Translations under genes and position numbers: made by a program
Notes under the pieces: generated by a model
Database searches by the model: none
Told to the model about the DNA's origin: nothing
What the model saw: the letters and a program-made list of their open reading frames with translations, nothing else
Assembly: GCA_963848305.1 (NCBI GenBank)
Contig: CAWKDC010000001.1
Location: 64,001 to 128,000, forward strand
DNA from: an uncultured Gammaproteobacteria bacterium
GTDB lineage: Bacteria > Pseudomonadota > Gammaproteobacteria > JABCZS01
DNA: 64,000 bases
Direction of reading: 5' to 3'
In this document: one piece after another, positions 40,261 through 50,154 of the stretch
Position numbering within the stretch: the first letter of the stretch is position 1
Layout of the letters: each line of letters begins with the position of its first letter

Positions 40261-41220
40261 TGTCCCTTCTAAATTCTCACTTTCAGCCGGTGCGGCCTCG
40301 GTTCGAGCGGTCACGTCCGAGATAAACCTGTGCGCCGAGAGGTGCGCGCCGAAGAGCAGAATCAGGGACCCCACATACGCCCAAAAGAGCAAAGTCACAG
40401 ACAACGCGAAGGGCCCATAAACCTCCCGAAAATGAACCATCGGTTTGGTCAGCGAGTAGATGACCCCTCCCACTTCCGTTAAAATTCCCGTGGCGATGGC
40501 AGCGGGGAGAACTCGGGCGACGGGAACCTTGCCGTTGGGCAGAAGGTAGTAGATCATGAAATAAATCGAAGCCACAAAAGGCACGGAGGCAACATCCATA
40601 ACGAAATTCGATACTAGCGCGACGAAGCTCCGGGAAGGTATCCAGCCCATCAGGAAATCAATCGCCGATTGTATGGGCGTAACCGCCATGATAAAGCTCA
40701 GGGCAACCATCCCGGAAACTATGGCGAGCACAAAAGACATGGCCTGATTATTCAGGAAACTGCGATTGCGCTTGAATCCCCACACTTTGTTGAGGGCAAT
40801 CTCGAGCGGAAGAAACACCCCCGAAGTGGTGAAAAGGAGCATCAACACGGATACCAACTGCAACCGTGGCCGGCCTTGAACTGCCGCCACCAGGTTACGA
40901 ATCACCGTTTCCGCTCCGGTGGGCAGGTGAACGTTCAGAAGCCGGACGACCATCAGGTAGGCCTTCTCCCAGTGCAGCCAACGCCGGCAGACAGCGAGCA
41001 AAATCAGCGCGAAGGGAAAAAAGGATAGATAGGCGTTGGCGGCAATCGAAAAGGCATAAGCATGCACTTCCGTCTCGAACAGATAACGGATGCTGGAGCC
41101 AAACAGGGCCCCCAGGTGGCTAGGTGTCAGGCTACGGCGCCGAAGTCTTTCCCAATCTTCCACCATCGCTTCTTTCCACATACCAAGACCCACCCGGGAA
41201 TTAGACGCTGCAACCCGCAT
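40234..41220 (-). CDS. YihY/virulence factor BrkB-family membrane protein (start uncertain)
   Basis: AFSIA...YLSFFP, ALNKVWG, IYYLLP, YGPF...TLLFWAY...ILLFGA. Confidence 0.88.
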   Translation of the reverse strand: MRVAASNSRVGLGMWKEAMVEDWERLRRRSLTPSHLGALFGSSIRYLFETEVHAYAFSIAANAYLSFFPFALILLAVCRRWLHWEKAYLMVVRLLNVHLPTGAETVIRNLVAAVQGRPRLQLVSVLMLLFTTSGVFLPLEIALNKVWGFKRNRSFLNNQAMSFVLAIVSGMVALSFIMAVTPIQSAIDFLMGWIPSRSFVALVSNFVMDVASVPFVASIYFMIYYLLPNGKVPVARVLPAAIATGILTEVGGVIYSLTKPMVHFREVYGPFALSVTLLFWAYVGSLILLFGAHLSAHRFISDVTARTEAAPAESENLEGTSQELEARS

Positions 41221-41583
41221 ACAAAAGAGGCGAAGTATAGATCATCGGCTCTCGAGTTGCCAGAAGTGTTGTTAGATGCAACTTGAAGCCTTCTCGTATT
41301 CACAGGCGCGGGCCGGGGTGAGAGTGCGTTCAGGGAGCTATTCGAACGCTAGGGAACGATTCCCTTGCTTGAGGCTTCCCCAATATTCCCGATAACTGTC
41401 GCCCACAAAGGTGCTTTTGAATGGTATAATATGCGTCTTCAGGGTTAGGACTTTTTAAGGAGAATGAGCACGGGGGCGCTCACATTGTGGCGCAAAGCGT
41501 ACCGCCAGTGTAGCGTCATGGCCAGGATGGCCATGGTAAACAGGAAAACACATTTTCCAAACGCAAAAATCGAGGAGCCCAAT

Positions 41584-42225
41584 ATGCGAAGGAAGAAAAA
41601 CTTGCGGGAACTTCCCCCCGAAGGCTTTTCGCGACGCGACTTCTTAAAGGGCGCGAGCATGGCGGTATCAACCGGTTTGCTGGCCGCGCCGGAAGTCAGG
41701 GCCGCGGCGCCGGAACATTCACCGGAGGTGCTGGGGCCGGGGGCTGTGCCGATTACACTCCAAATCAACGGCAAAGCGCACAACTTGCAGGTTGAGCCGC
41801 GCGTAACCTTGCTGGATGCTCTGCGCAATCAGCTTGACCTGACCGGCGCCAAGAAAGTGTGCGATCGCGGCGTCTGCGGCGCCTGCACGGTGATCATGGA
41901 TGGCCGTCCGGTGTATGCATGCAACGTGCTGGCCATCGAGGCGGAAGGCCACCACATTGAGACCATCGAGGGAATGGGGACGATGGGTGATCTCCACCCG
42001 GTAATGGCGGCCTTCGTCGACCACGATGCGCAACAGTGCGGATTCTGCACGCCGGGCTTTGTGGTGGCCTGCAAGGCCTTCCTGGACAAGCATCCCGATC
42101 CAACCCTAGAAGATGTGGAACACGGCCTGGGCGGCAACCTCTGCCGTTGCGGCACCTACGCGGGGGTTCGGGAAGCCGTTCTGGAAGCAGCCAAAACCCT
42201 GAAGGGAGGGCGCGCCAATGGATAA
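41584..42225 (+). CDS. Tat-signal [2Fe-2S] subunit of a xanthine-dehydrogenase-family enzyme (PaoA/YagT-like)
   Basis: SRRDFLKG, EPRVTLLDALR, CDRGVCGACT, QCGFCTPG, NLCRCG; GAGGAG RBS. Confidence 0.92.
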   Translation: MRRKKNLRELPPEGFSRRDFLKGASMAVSTGLLAAPEVRAAAPEHSPEVLGPGAVPITLQINGKAHNLQVEPRVTLLDALRNQLDLTGAKKVCDRGVCGACTVIMDGRPVYACNVLAIEAEGHHIETIEGMGTMGDLHPVMAAFVDHDAQQCGFCTPGFVVACKAFLDKHPDPTLEDVEHGLGGNLCRCGTYAGVREAVLEAAKTLKGGRANG

Positions 42226-44381
42226 TTGCAAATATGATTGGCCGGCGGCCGGGGAACGCAGCCTGATCGGAAAGCGCATCAAGCGCATTGATGGGCCCGC
42301 CAAAGCGAGCGGCCGCGCCAAATACACCTACGACATTAACCGGCCCGGGCTCCTGATCAGCAAAATCTATCGCTCGCCTTACGCCCACGCGAAGATCACC
42401 GCCATTGACACTTCCGAGGCGGAAAAACTGCCCGGGGTGAAGAGCGTGCAGGTGGTTTTGGGCGTGGGGAAGGAAACCAACTGGGTGGGCGATGAAATTA
42501 TCGCCCTCGCCGCCGAGAGCGAAGATATCGCCGAGGATGCTCTCGGCAAAATCAAAGTGGAATTCGAGGAACTTCCCCACCTGGTCCTGGAAGAAAACCT
42601 GGAGCAAGCCGGCGACAATGCCAAGAAAGCAGGGAGCAAGACCGCCGGTGATCCCGCCAAGGCGTTCAGCGACCCCGACGTGGTGATTTCCGAGGGCTAT
42701 TACGGCATCGCAGACCATCACCCATTGTTGCCTGGAAGCCCATGGCAACGTGGCGGAGTGGACGGGCGAGAAACTGCTCACTTATTCCTCCACGCAGAAT
42801 GTCTCCGGGCTCCCGGGCCAAATCGGCCAGGCGCTGCGCGAGCAAGGGGTGAACGTTCCGGATAACAATATCGAGACCATTTGCAATTACATCGGAGGAG
42901 GATTCGGCAGCAAGTTCTCTCCCGACGAATGGGGCATCCATGTCGCGCAATTGGCGAAAACCACCGGCAAGCCCGTCAAGCTGATGCTCGATCGCAACAT
43001 GGAACTGGAAGCGGCCGGGGCGCGGCCCTCCGCCTACGCCCAAATCAAGGTGGCGGCGAAGAAAGATGGAACGCTGGTGGCGTGGGATTCCCATTCCTGG
43101 GGCACGGGAGGTCCCACCGGCACGGGGATGCCGCCCCTTCCTTACGTGCTGGAAATACCCAACGTCTCCACCCAGCACACTTCCGTCAGCACCAACACCG
43201 GACCCGCCCGCGCCTGGCGCGCGCCGGATCATCCGCAGGCAGCGGCGCTGACCATGTGCGCGCTGGAAGATTTGGCCGCCAAGCTCAACATGGACCCCAT
43301 CGAGTTTTTCTCCAAGAACGCCGACCTTTCGGCGGGACGTGGGAAAGTCTACCGGGAAGAACTTCAGAAAGCCGCCGAGCTCGCCGATTGGAAAAAGAAC
43401 TGGCACCCGCGGGGAGACAAAACCGCCAGGCCACATCAAGCGCGGCATGGGAGTGAGCATGCACACCTGGGGCGGACGCGGCCACAACAGCACTCTGCCT
43501 GGTCAGCATCCACCCTGACGGCTCGGTGGAAACCACCCTGGGAAGCCAGGACCTGGGCACGGGCACGCGGACGGCGATTGCCATGGTCGCGGCGGAAACC
43601 TTGGGGCTGCCGGTGGAAGCCATCACGGTCAACATCGGGGATAGCAAATTCCCTGCCTCGGGCCCTTCGGGTGGCAGCACGACGATCGGCGGCGTTTCGG
43701 CCTCCACGCGGCGCGGCTGCGGTGGATGCCCTGGACCAACTCTTTGCCGTCGTCGCTCCCGTGCTGGGCGTTCCGGCCGACCAACTGGTGGCGGTGGGTG
43801 GAAACATCCAGGCCAAGGGCGATGCTTCGAAGCAAATCTCTTGGAAGGACGCCTGCGCCAAGCTTCAAGTGAAAACCATTCAGGCCACGGGGAAGAATCC
43901 CGATGCGAGCAAGTGCAAGCTGGGGGATAGCGGCGTGGGCGGCGTGCAGATTGCCGACGTCTCCGTGGATACGGAAACCGGCCTGATTAAGATCAACAAG
44001 ATGGTGGCCGTGCAGGACTGCGGCTTGATCATCTCGATGAAAACCGCGGAGAGCCAGTGCTACGGCGCCTTGATCATGGGCATTACCTACGCGCTGTTCG
44101 AAGAGAAAATCATGGACCAGATCACGGGGCGCATGCTGAATAACAACATGGAGTTTTACAAGCTGGCCGGCATCGGGGACATCGGCGAACTGGTGGTCCA
44201 CATGATGACGGGCCCCGGCTATGACGAGCGCGGGACGATTGGCCTCGGCGAGCCTCCGGTGATTTCCCCCGGCGCCGCCATTTCCAACGCCGTGGCCAAC
44301 GCCATCGGCGTGCGCGTGCCGACCATCCCCTTGACTCCGGACAAAGTTCTGGCCGCACTCGCGAAAGGAGGGGTTGCCTGA
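42218..44381 (+). CDS. Xanthine-dehydrogenase-family molybdopterin subunit (PaoC/YagR-like); several apparent frameshifts
   Basis: RIDGPAKASGRAKYTYD, RSPYAHA, GGGFGSK, AWRAP, QDLGTGT, SGGS, GLGEPP, NAVANAIGVR, spread over several frames. Confidence 0.88.
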
Positions 44382-45361
44382 TGGAAGCCTTTGAATACGC
44401 TCGGCCGAAGTCGATCCAGGAAGCCATCAAGTTGCTCACGGGCACGGAAGGGGAAGCCCGCGCCTTGGCCGGGGGCACCGACCTCATCAGCTTGATGAAG
44501 GATGGAGTCGCGAAGTCCCCAGCGCCTGGTCAGCTTGCAACACGTCAACGAACTTAAGGGAATTTCCTTCCGGGGAGAGTCAGGGCTGCGCTTGGGCGCC
44601 GGCGTGACCTTGGAAGAGTTGATCGAGAACGCCGAAGTCCGGGAGCACTACCCCGCCCTGGTGCAGGCGGCGGAAGGGCGTTCGCAGCCCGCAAATCCGC
44701 AGCACGGGAACCGTGGGCGGCGACCTCTGCCAGCGCCCGCGCTGCTGGTACTATCGCGCCGGGTATGGATTGCTGGCGGTTTACAAGGGCAAGCCGCTGG
44801 TCCCCGATGGCGACAACCGCTACCACGCCATCCTGGGAAATTCCGGACCGGCTTATTTCGTCAGCCCCTCCAGCCTGGCGCCCATCCTGATTGCATTGGA
44901 CGCCAAGGTGAAGACTCCATGGCCCGCAAGGCGCGCGCGAACTTTCCGTGCAAGAGTTCTTTGTAACCCCCAAGAGCGACATGGAGAGCGAACACGCCCT
45001 GCAGCCCGGCGAAATCGTCACTGAAATCCTGGTGCCGCATCCAGGGGACGTGAAGATGGCGATCTACGAGGTGCGGCAGAAAGAAGCTTTGGACTGGCCC
45101 CTCGCCGCGGCTGCGGTAGTTCTGAAGCTCGACGGTGGCAGCGTGCAGAGCGCCCGCGTGGTGTTGGGACATGTCGCGCCCGTGCCCTGGCCCTCGCCTG
45201 AAGCGGAAGAAGCGTTGAAGGGCAAATCGGTGAATGAAGATGTGGCTTGGGAGGCGGGCAAAGCTGCGCTCAGCAAAGCCACGCCGCTTTCCAGGAACGC
45301 TTACAAAGTTCAACTGGCCCGCGTGGCCGTGAAGCGCGCCATCCTGCGCGCCGCGGTGTAG
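44381..45361 (+). CDS. FAD-binding subunit (PaoB/YagS-like); apparent frameshifts
   Basis: MEAFEYARP, LAGGTDL, QIR..GTVGGDLCQRPRCWYYR, RQKEALDW, VLGHVAPVPW, NAYKV. Confidence 0.85.
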
Positions 45362-45431
45362 GGCCGAACAGCGTTCGGCCGAAGGTAGGGCCGAACAGCG
45401 TTCGGCCAGGGCGAGCGCCGCTCGCCCCTAC
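45358..45431. repeat. GTAG-type REP cluster
   Basis: GTAGGGCCGAACAGCGTTCGGCC twice (27-bp period), then GGGCGAGCGCCGCTCGCCCCTAC. Confidence 0.85.
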
Positions 45432-45449
45432 AACGAAGGGAGAGGCCTG

Positions 45450-45671
45450 ATGGTAACTGAACCGGTCCGTCAAATTGCCGAGCCCCAGGTGCAGTGCCGC
45501 ATGATCCGCTCCAAGTGGATGTTCATTGAGGCGGAACCTGACCCCACGGTTCCCCGCTCCGGCGCCAGTATCTGCTGGTGCGTGCACACCCAGAAGTGCA
45601 TGGGTCCGGATGGCCAGATCGTGACGCTGGAGGCTTGCAATTCAGAGCGGCCTTGTTTTGAAGCTATTTAG
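45450..45671 (+). CDS. Small Cys-rich protein (73 aa, six Cys)
   Basis: GGAGAGG RBS; C..IRSK.MF, CWC..TQ.C.GPDG, C...R.CFE. Confidence 0.7.
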   Translation: MVTEPVRQIAEPQVQCRMIRSKWMFIEAEPDPTVPRSGASICWCVHTQKCMGPDGQIVTLEACNSERPCFEAI

Positions 45672-45836
45672 CGGGGCTTTGGCTTGGGCGCCGATTTCCT
45701 GGCGGCGAAAGTGGTTACCTAGCTAATGAACGAAATTCCCTAGCGCAGTTGGCTCGGCGGGTTGAATCCCTGGGCCGAAAGGGATAAAATGTCCATGTGG
45801 CGTTATTTTGAAACCTGCCCCGTGGAGGGTCGGTTC

Positions 45837-46503
45837 ATGAGGAAAATCATTATCTCGATTGCAATTTGTCTGTTTCTGATTTCGGCTTCGGCGGTTCCCG
45901 GAAGCGCAGCCCTGAAGGGCGATTACATCGAAGCCCGCAGCGCGGACGTTTACACGGGCCCCTGCTTCGCGAATTCGGAAGTGGGTTTAACCGGCCAGGA
46001 AGCCATTCTGGCCTGGAAAGTTCAGGAAGGCGACTGGAAGGGCGATCGACCTGAGCGGACTGAGCGTGGTGGCGGTGGTCAGAGCCAAGGCCACGCTGGG
46101 CGATCCTTACCACGACCCTTATCCGGCGCGGTCCGTGCTGATTGTGGATTCCCGCGCCAGTGGCCACCAGCGTGAAGCGCTCGCCGCATTTGCCGCATCC
46201 ATGGCAGGCGGCCTGCTGGACCACGTGGTACGGGTGGAGACGGCGCCCATCCAGATGACGGTGGAGCATGGCGATCAACACGGCGCGGCCAAAGTGGTGG
46301 CAGGACAATTTGCCCGAATCGAGACGCGCAGCCTTTGCCAGGGCGATCACCTGTGCGGAAACGAAACGGTTTATTACCCGCCGCTGGTGGCTCTAGCCCA
46401 CTCCATGCCGGCCTTCACGCTGGACAGTTCGTTCTCCGGCCAGGGCCTGGGCGAAGTTTGGAAGAACGTGGACAAGCGCAGCGCCTTTGTGGGCAGCTTC
46501 TAA
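45837..46503 (+). CDS. DUF1326-like exported protein; frameshift near 46045
   Basis: Signal peptide, GDYIEARSADVYTGPCFANSE, CGNE.VYYPPL, RSAFVGSF. Confidence 0.65.
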
Positions 46504-46611
46504 GCCACGCAGCTTTCCTTTGCACATCAGCCAAAAAAGCGGGAAACTTCCGAATGGGAGTTTCCCGTTTCGTGTTTATATCATCCAATAAGTGCTAAGG
46601 AGGCTTTGTCA

Positions 46612-47280
46612 ATGAAACTGCACCGCGTAGTTGGACTGGTCCTGGCGATTCAGCTCTGCGCGGCCTTGAGTGCATTCGGCCAAGGTAGTTACAAGGTTGA
46701 AGCGATTGGCGCTGCGCCGGCGGATGTACCGGCCCCCATCCAGAGCACTCTCGATACTCAGGGAGTGCGCGTCACCACCGACGGGGGCGCGACCGCTTTG
46801 CGAAGTATGGCTGCGCAAGACTCTCCCCACCAATGCGAGCCCCAACCCTGAGTCGGACATCCTCTATGGAGCGCTGACCGAGGGCGCCCTTCTGGGCGTT
46901 ATCCATTTCCCCAAGCCCACAACGGATTTCCGCAGTCAGAATATCAAAGCCGGGTATTACACCCTGCGCTTTGGCCTGATCCCCCAGGACGGAAACCATA
47001 CGGGCGTCAATCCTTATCGTGACGCCTTCGTGATGGGGCCTGTCTCCGCCGACCCGGGACCCGACAAAGTGCTTTCCTTTGACAGATCTGGTGAAGTTGA
47101 GCCAACAGGCTTCCGGAACTCCCCATCCCGGATTCCTGGTGGGTGCAACCGGTCAGCGGCGGCAGCCTTCCCTCCGTCGTCAAGGATGACTCGGGCAACT
47201 GGGACCTGCAAATTAAGGGACACACGAAAAGTGCTGACCTGCCCCTGGCGTTCACAGTAGTCGGCCATTGGCAAGGGTAA
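46612..47280 (+). CDS. Hypothetical exported protein; frameshifts
   Basis: AGGAGG RBS, signal peptide; CEVWLRK, DFRSQ.IKAGYYTLR...PQDGNH.GV.PYRD; split over three frames. Confidence 0.6.
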
Positions 47281-47338
47281 GGCCATTTTGGATTGGCGAT
47301 TTTGGATTTTGGATTACGGCGCCCGTGTCTCACCAAAA

Positions 47339-47620
47339 TTTCGGAGTGCGGGAGCTTGGTCCCGCTTTTTCTACCGCTGACTTGTCAGCGGTTCGTGGTT
47401 CGCCGCGACGAGTCGCGGCGTGCAAAAGCGGCGACGAGTCGCCGCAGTCCGAAAGCTGGTAGCACCGCCTCGTTCTCCAAAATGGGACAATATCATTAGC
47501 CTTAGGTGAAACCCCCGGCGGGCCGAATGGTTCGACCCCTCCAGGGTTGGAGCTTGTTTCCGGATCACCTTTCCGCAGGTTTCGCCTGCGGCTAATGACA
47601 TTCTTCCCCTTCGGGGAGAC
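47339..47620. repeat. Two adjacent palindromic REP-like elements
   Basis: TTCGGAGTGCGGGAGCTTGGTCCCGCTTTT...AAAAGCGGCGACGAGTCGCCGCAGTCCGAA; TCATTAGCCTTAGGTGAAACC...GGTTTCGCCTGCGGCTAATGA. Confidence 0.7.
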
Positions 47621-47623
47621 CCG

Positions 47624-49448
47624 CTAATTCTCCGACGGCCTCTCGATGTGATCGATGACGAGGACTTCCACCGGGCCTTTTGTGGGTTCCAGCTTCAGCC
47701 CAAGCTGCTCCTGAATCATGGTGAAGATGCTTGGACCCGGAGCATTCGCATCCGGGCCTTCCTTCATGGCGGCCGAGGCCGTGGGCCCGCTGAGGTCCGT
47801 TGCTCGGTCTAAGGCGAGATCATACGTCCCACTCAACCCAGTTCGGTCCACTACCGGCCGACCGACGAGACTCGGGAGGTCATGCGCAAGCTGCCACATC
47901 GATGCGCCAGTCATAAACAGTGACCACGAATGGTGTTTCCCGTCACGATGTGGATTCGCTGGGTCGTTCGGATTGGAAAACGTGCCGGCAGGGAGCAACT
48001 TCGGCCCATTCTTCGCCACGACCAGAGCATAGATTTTCATTTCCCTGGTCTCGCGGTGGAGCGTCAGATGGCAACGATCCTCAAGTAGCGACCGCAGCAT
48101 GAGAACGGTTTGTTCGACACGCTGCTGTCTAGTCAGCTTCTCCAGTTGGTCCCACTGCGCATCGGCGATCTTGGCCTCAACGTTATAGGGCTGTTTATCA
48201 AACCAATCCGGCCCTCCCAAAATCTGGGCAGGCGGAGTCTGGTACGCGTACTCGACTAGGGCCTTCATCGTCGCATTCCTAGTTTGGAATCGGGCGGGAT
48301 GCTGATCATCAATCATATACCCCGGCTCTCCGGAGCGATTCAGCTTGATCGTTGCAACCTCGAACGATGGCAAAGGCCCACCGTTTGCTGGAGCAGCTTG
48401 CACATTGGCCGCCGGGGCGTTCAGCACACCAAACACCACAGGTCCGGCAACGGCTGCTAGACCGATCGTGGCCAACACCAGCTTTCTCCCAAAACTGAGC
48501 TTGTTTGCCATGCGCTCGGTCATGATACGGGTAATCCGATTCTTCAGATCAGCGCCGGTAACTCCGGACACACAGGCCAGCGGCGATTCCACACAGAATT
48601 CGCACGTCTTCAAAATGCTCTCGGCGTAGACCTGTCGATCGCTGCCTGCTTCCAGGACTTCTTCGTCGCAGGCGCGTTCGCGCTCATCCACCAGCCGCGA
48701 TCCCAACCACCAAACCAGCGGGTGAAACCAGAAGATGGCTTCCACCACCATGTGGATCGCTGCGGCCAGATTATCGCGGCGGCGCACGTGCCACACTTCG
48801 TGAGCGAGAATGGCTTCCAGTTGCGCATCGTCAAGGCGCTCGGAGATTCCCTTCGGCCAAACCAGAGCGGGCTTGACGATGCCGAAAATACCCGGTTCCA
48901 GAGTAGCCGGCGACAGGAACAAGTCGATGGGCTTCCGTATCTCCCAGGCGGCGCTCCACGCGGCGCAGCGCTTCCACTTCGCGCCCTTCCCCTAGGGGCA
49001 CCGCTTCCCGCAGGACTGCGGAAATCCGCCGCCAGCGCGCGCACCATACGAAGAGCACCACCACGAATCCGCAGAACCACATTGCCACCACGATTGCCGG
49101 AAACAGGTTCGCGAAGGTCGTGGAGTGAACAACTGGAGGAATCACCCGTGCCGCCGGCGGCGTGAAGGGCTGGCTGATCTGCTCCATGGCATAGAAGAAA
49201 CCCGGTTCCGTTGGTGCGACAAGGCGTGGCTTCGCCAGATGACTGCCAATACCAATCAGCAACGAAAACGGAATCAGGAATTTTACGGACGCTGCCAGCC
49301 AAAGCCCGTAGCGCGCCCGCGCGTGGTTCTTGCGCAAAACCAAGGTCAGCAATCCCGCGATGACAAGGCACAGCGTCGATTGCCACAAGTGATTGCCCAT
49401 TGCGGGCGCCGTGGCCGACCATATTGCCGACAAGTATTTGGGGATCAT
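47624..49448 (-). CDS. BlaR1-like M56 metallopeptidase fused to a TIGR03435/DUF3738-like C-terminal domain; frameshift near 48930
   Basis: NHLWQST, ILAHEVWHVRRRDNL, FWFHPLVWW, ERERACDE; FEVATIK, RPVVDRTGL.G.YD, QEQLGLKL...VLVIDH..RPSEN. Confidence 0.9.
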
Positions 49449-49499
49449 AGCTTGTCCTTTCTCTCCGGTTCTACTGTTGCGCTACCGCGAGCCGAAGAA

Positions 49500-49532
49500 C
49501 CGTAGGGCGCGGTTCGCGAACCGCCCCTACGG
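49500..49532. repeat. GTAG-type REP palindrome
   Basis: CCGTAGGGCGCGGTTCGCGAACCGCCCCTACGG. Confidence 0.75.
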
Positions 49533-49550
49533 TTACTTCCGGGAGGCCCG

Positions 49551-49925
49551 CTACTTTCTCGCCAGCTTGCGCAGGGTTTTCTCCGCTTCCTTCACATCCT
49601 CAAGCGTGAGTTTGCCGGATTCAATCAGGTGCGCCATCACGGGCTGAGTGCTCCCGCCGAACAGCGCCAGCAGGTCGTCGATCAGCCTCCGCTGCGCGGC
49701 ATCGCGCGAGATCGTCGCTTCAAAAATGTGAAAATTGCCGACCTTCTTGACGCGGCGCAGAGCCTTCTTCCCTTCCAGCCGATAAACGGTGGTTTGAATG
49801 GTGGTGTAGGCGGGCCGCTTTTTCTCGGGAAAGGCTTCTTGAATCTCGCGAATGGAGGCTTGCCCCCGCGTCCACAGCGTTTCCATGATTTGAAGTTCGA
49901 GCTTGGTGAGTCTGGGTTCGCGCAT
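49551..49925 (-). CDS. BlaI/MecI/CopY-family repressor
   Basis: LTKLELQIMETLW, AYTTIQT...RLE.K, LFGGS. Confidence 0.93.
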   Translation of the reverse strand: MREPRLTKLELQIMETLWTRGQASIREIQEAFPEKKRPAYTTIQTTVYRLEGKKALRRVKKVGNFHIFEATISRDAAQRRLIDDLLALFGGSTQPVMAHLIESGKLTLEDVKEAEKTLRKLARK

Positions 49926-49950
49926 TTGCTATCTCCTATATCTGTGTGTG

Positions 49951-49978
49951 AGTCTACTACGCGCATAGGTGATGTCAA
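49951..49978 (-). promoter_or_regulatory. Promoter of the blaI-like operon with operator candidate
   Basis: TTGACA-N16-TAGACT; imperfect palindrome CTATGCGCGTAG in the spacer. Confidence 0.5.
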
Positions 49979-50041
49979 GGTTTTTTTCGCGGAAGAAATC
50001 AGGGGATGCCGTGGGAATATCAGGAGACGAGCAAAAGCAAC

Positions 50042-50132
50042 CTCGCGCAGAGACGCTGAGACGCAGAGTTTTGCCTTAAACAGATGCCTGAACTTTCTTT
50101 TCCGTCTCTGCGTCTCAGCGTCTCTGCGCGAG
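50042..50132. repeat. Perfect 27-bp inverted repeat (REP-like)
   Basis: CTCGCGCAGAGACGCTGAGACGCAGAG ... CTCTGCGTCTCAGCGTCTCTGCGCGAG. Confidence 0.85.
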
Positions 50133-50154
50133 ATTCCTTATTGTTTAACACCTT

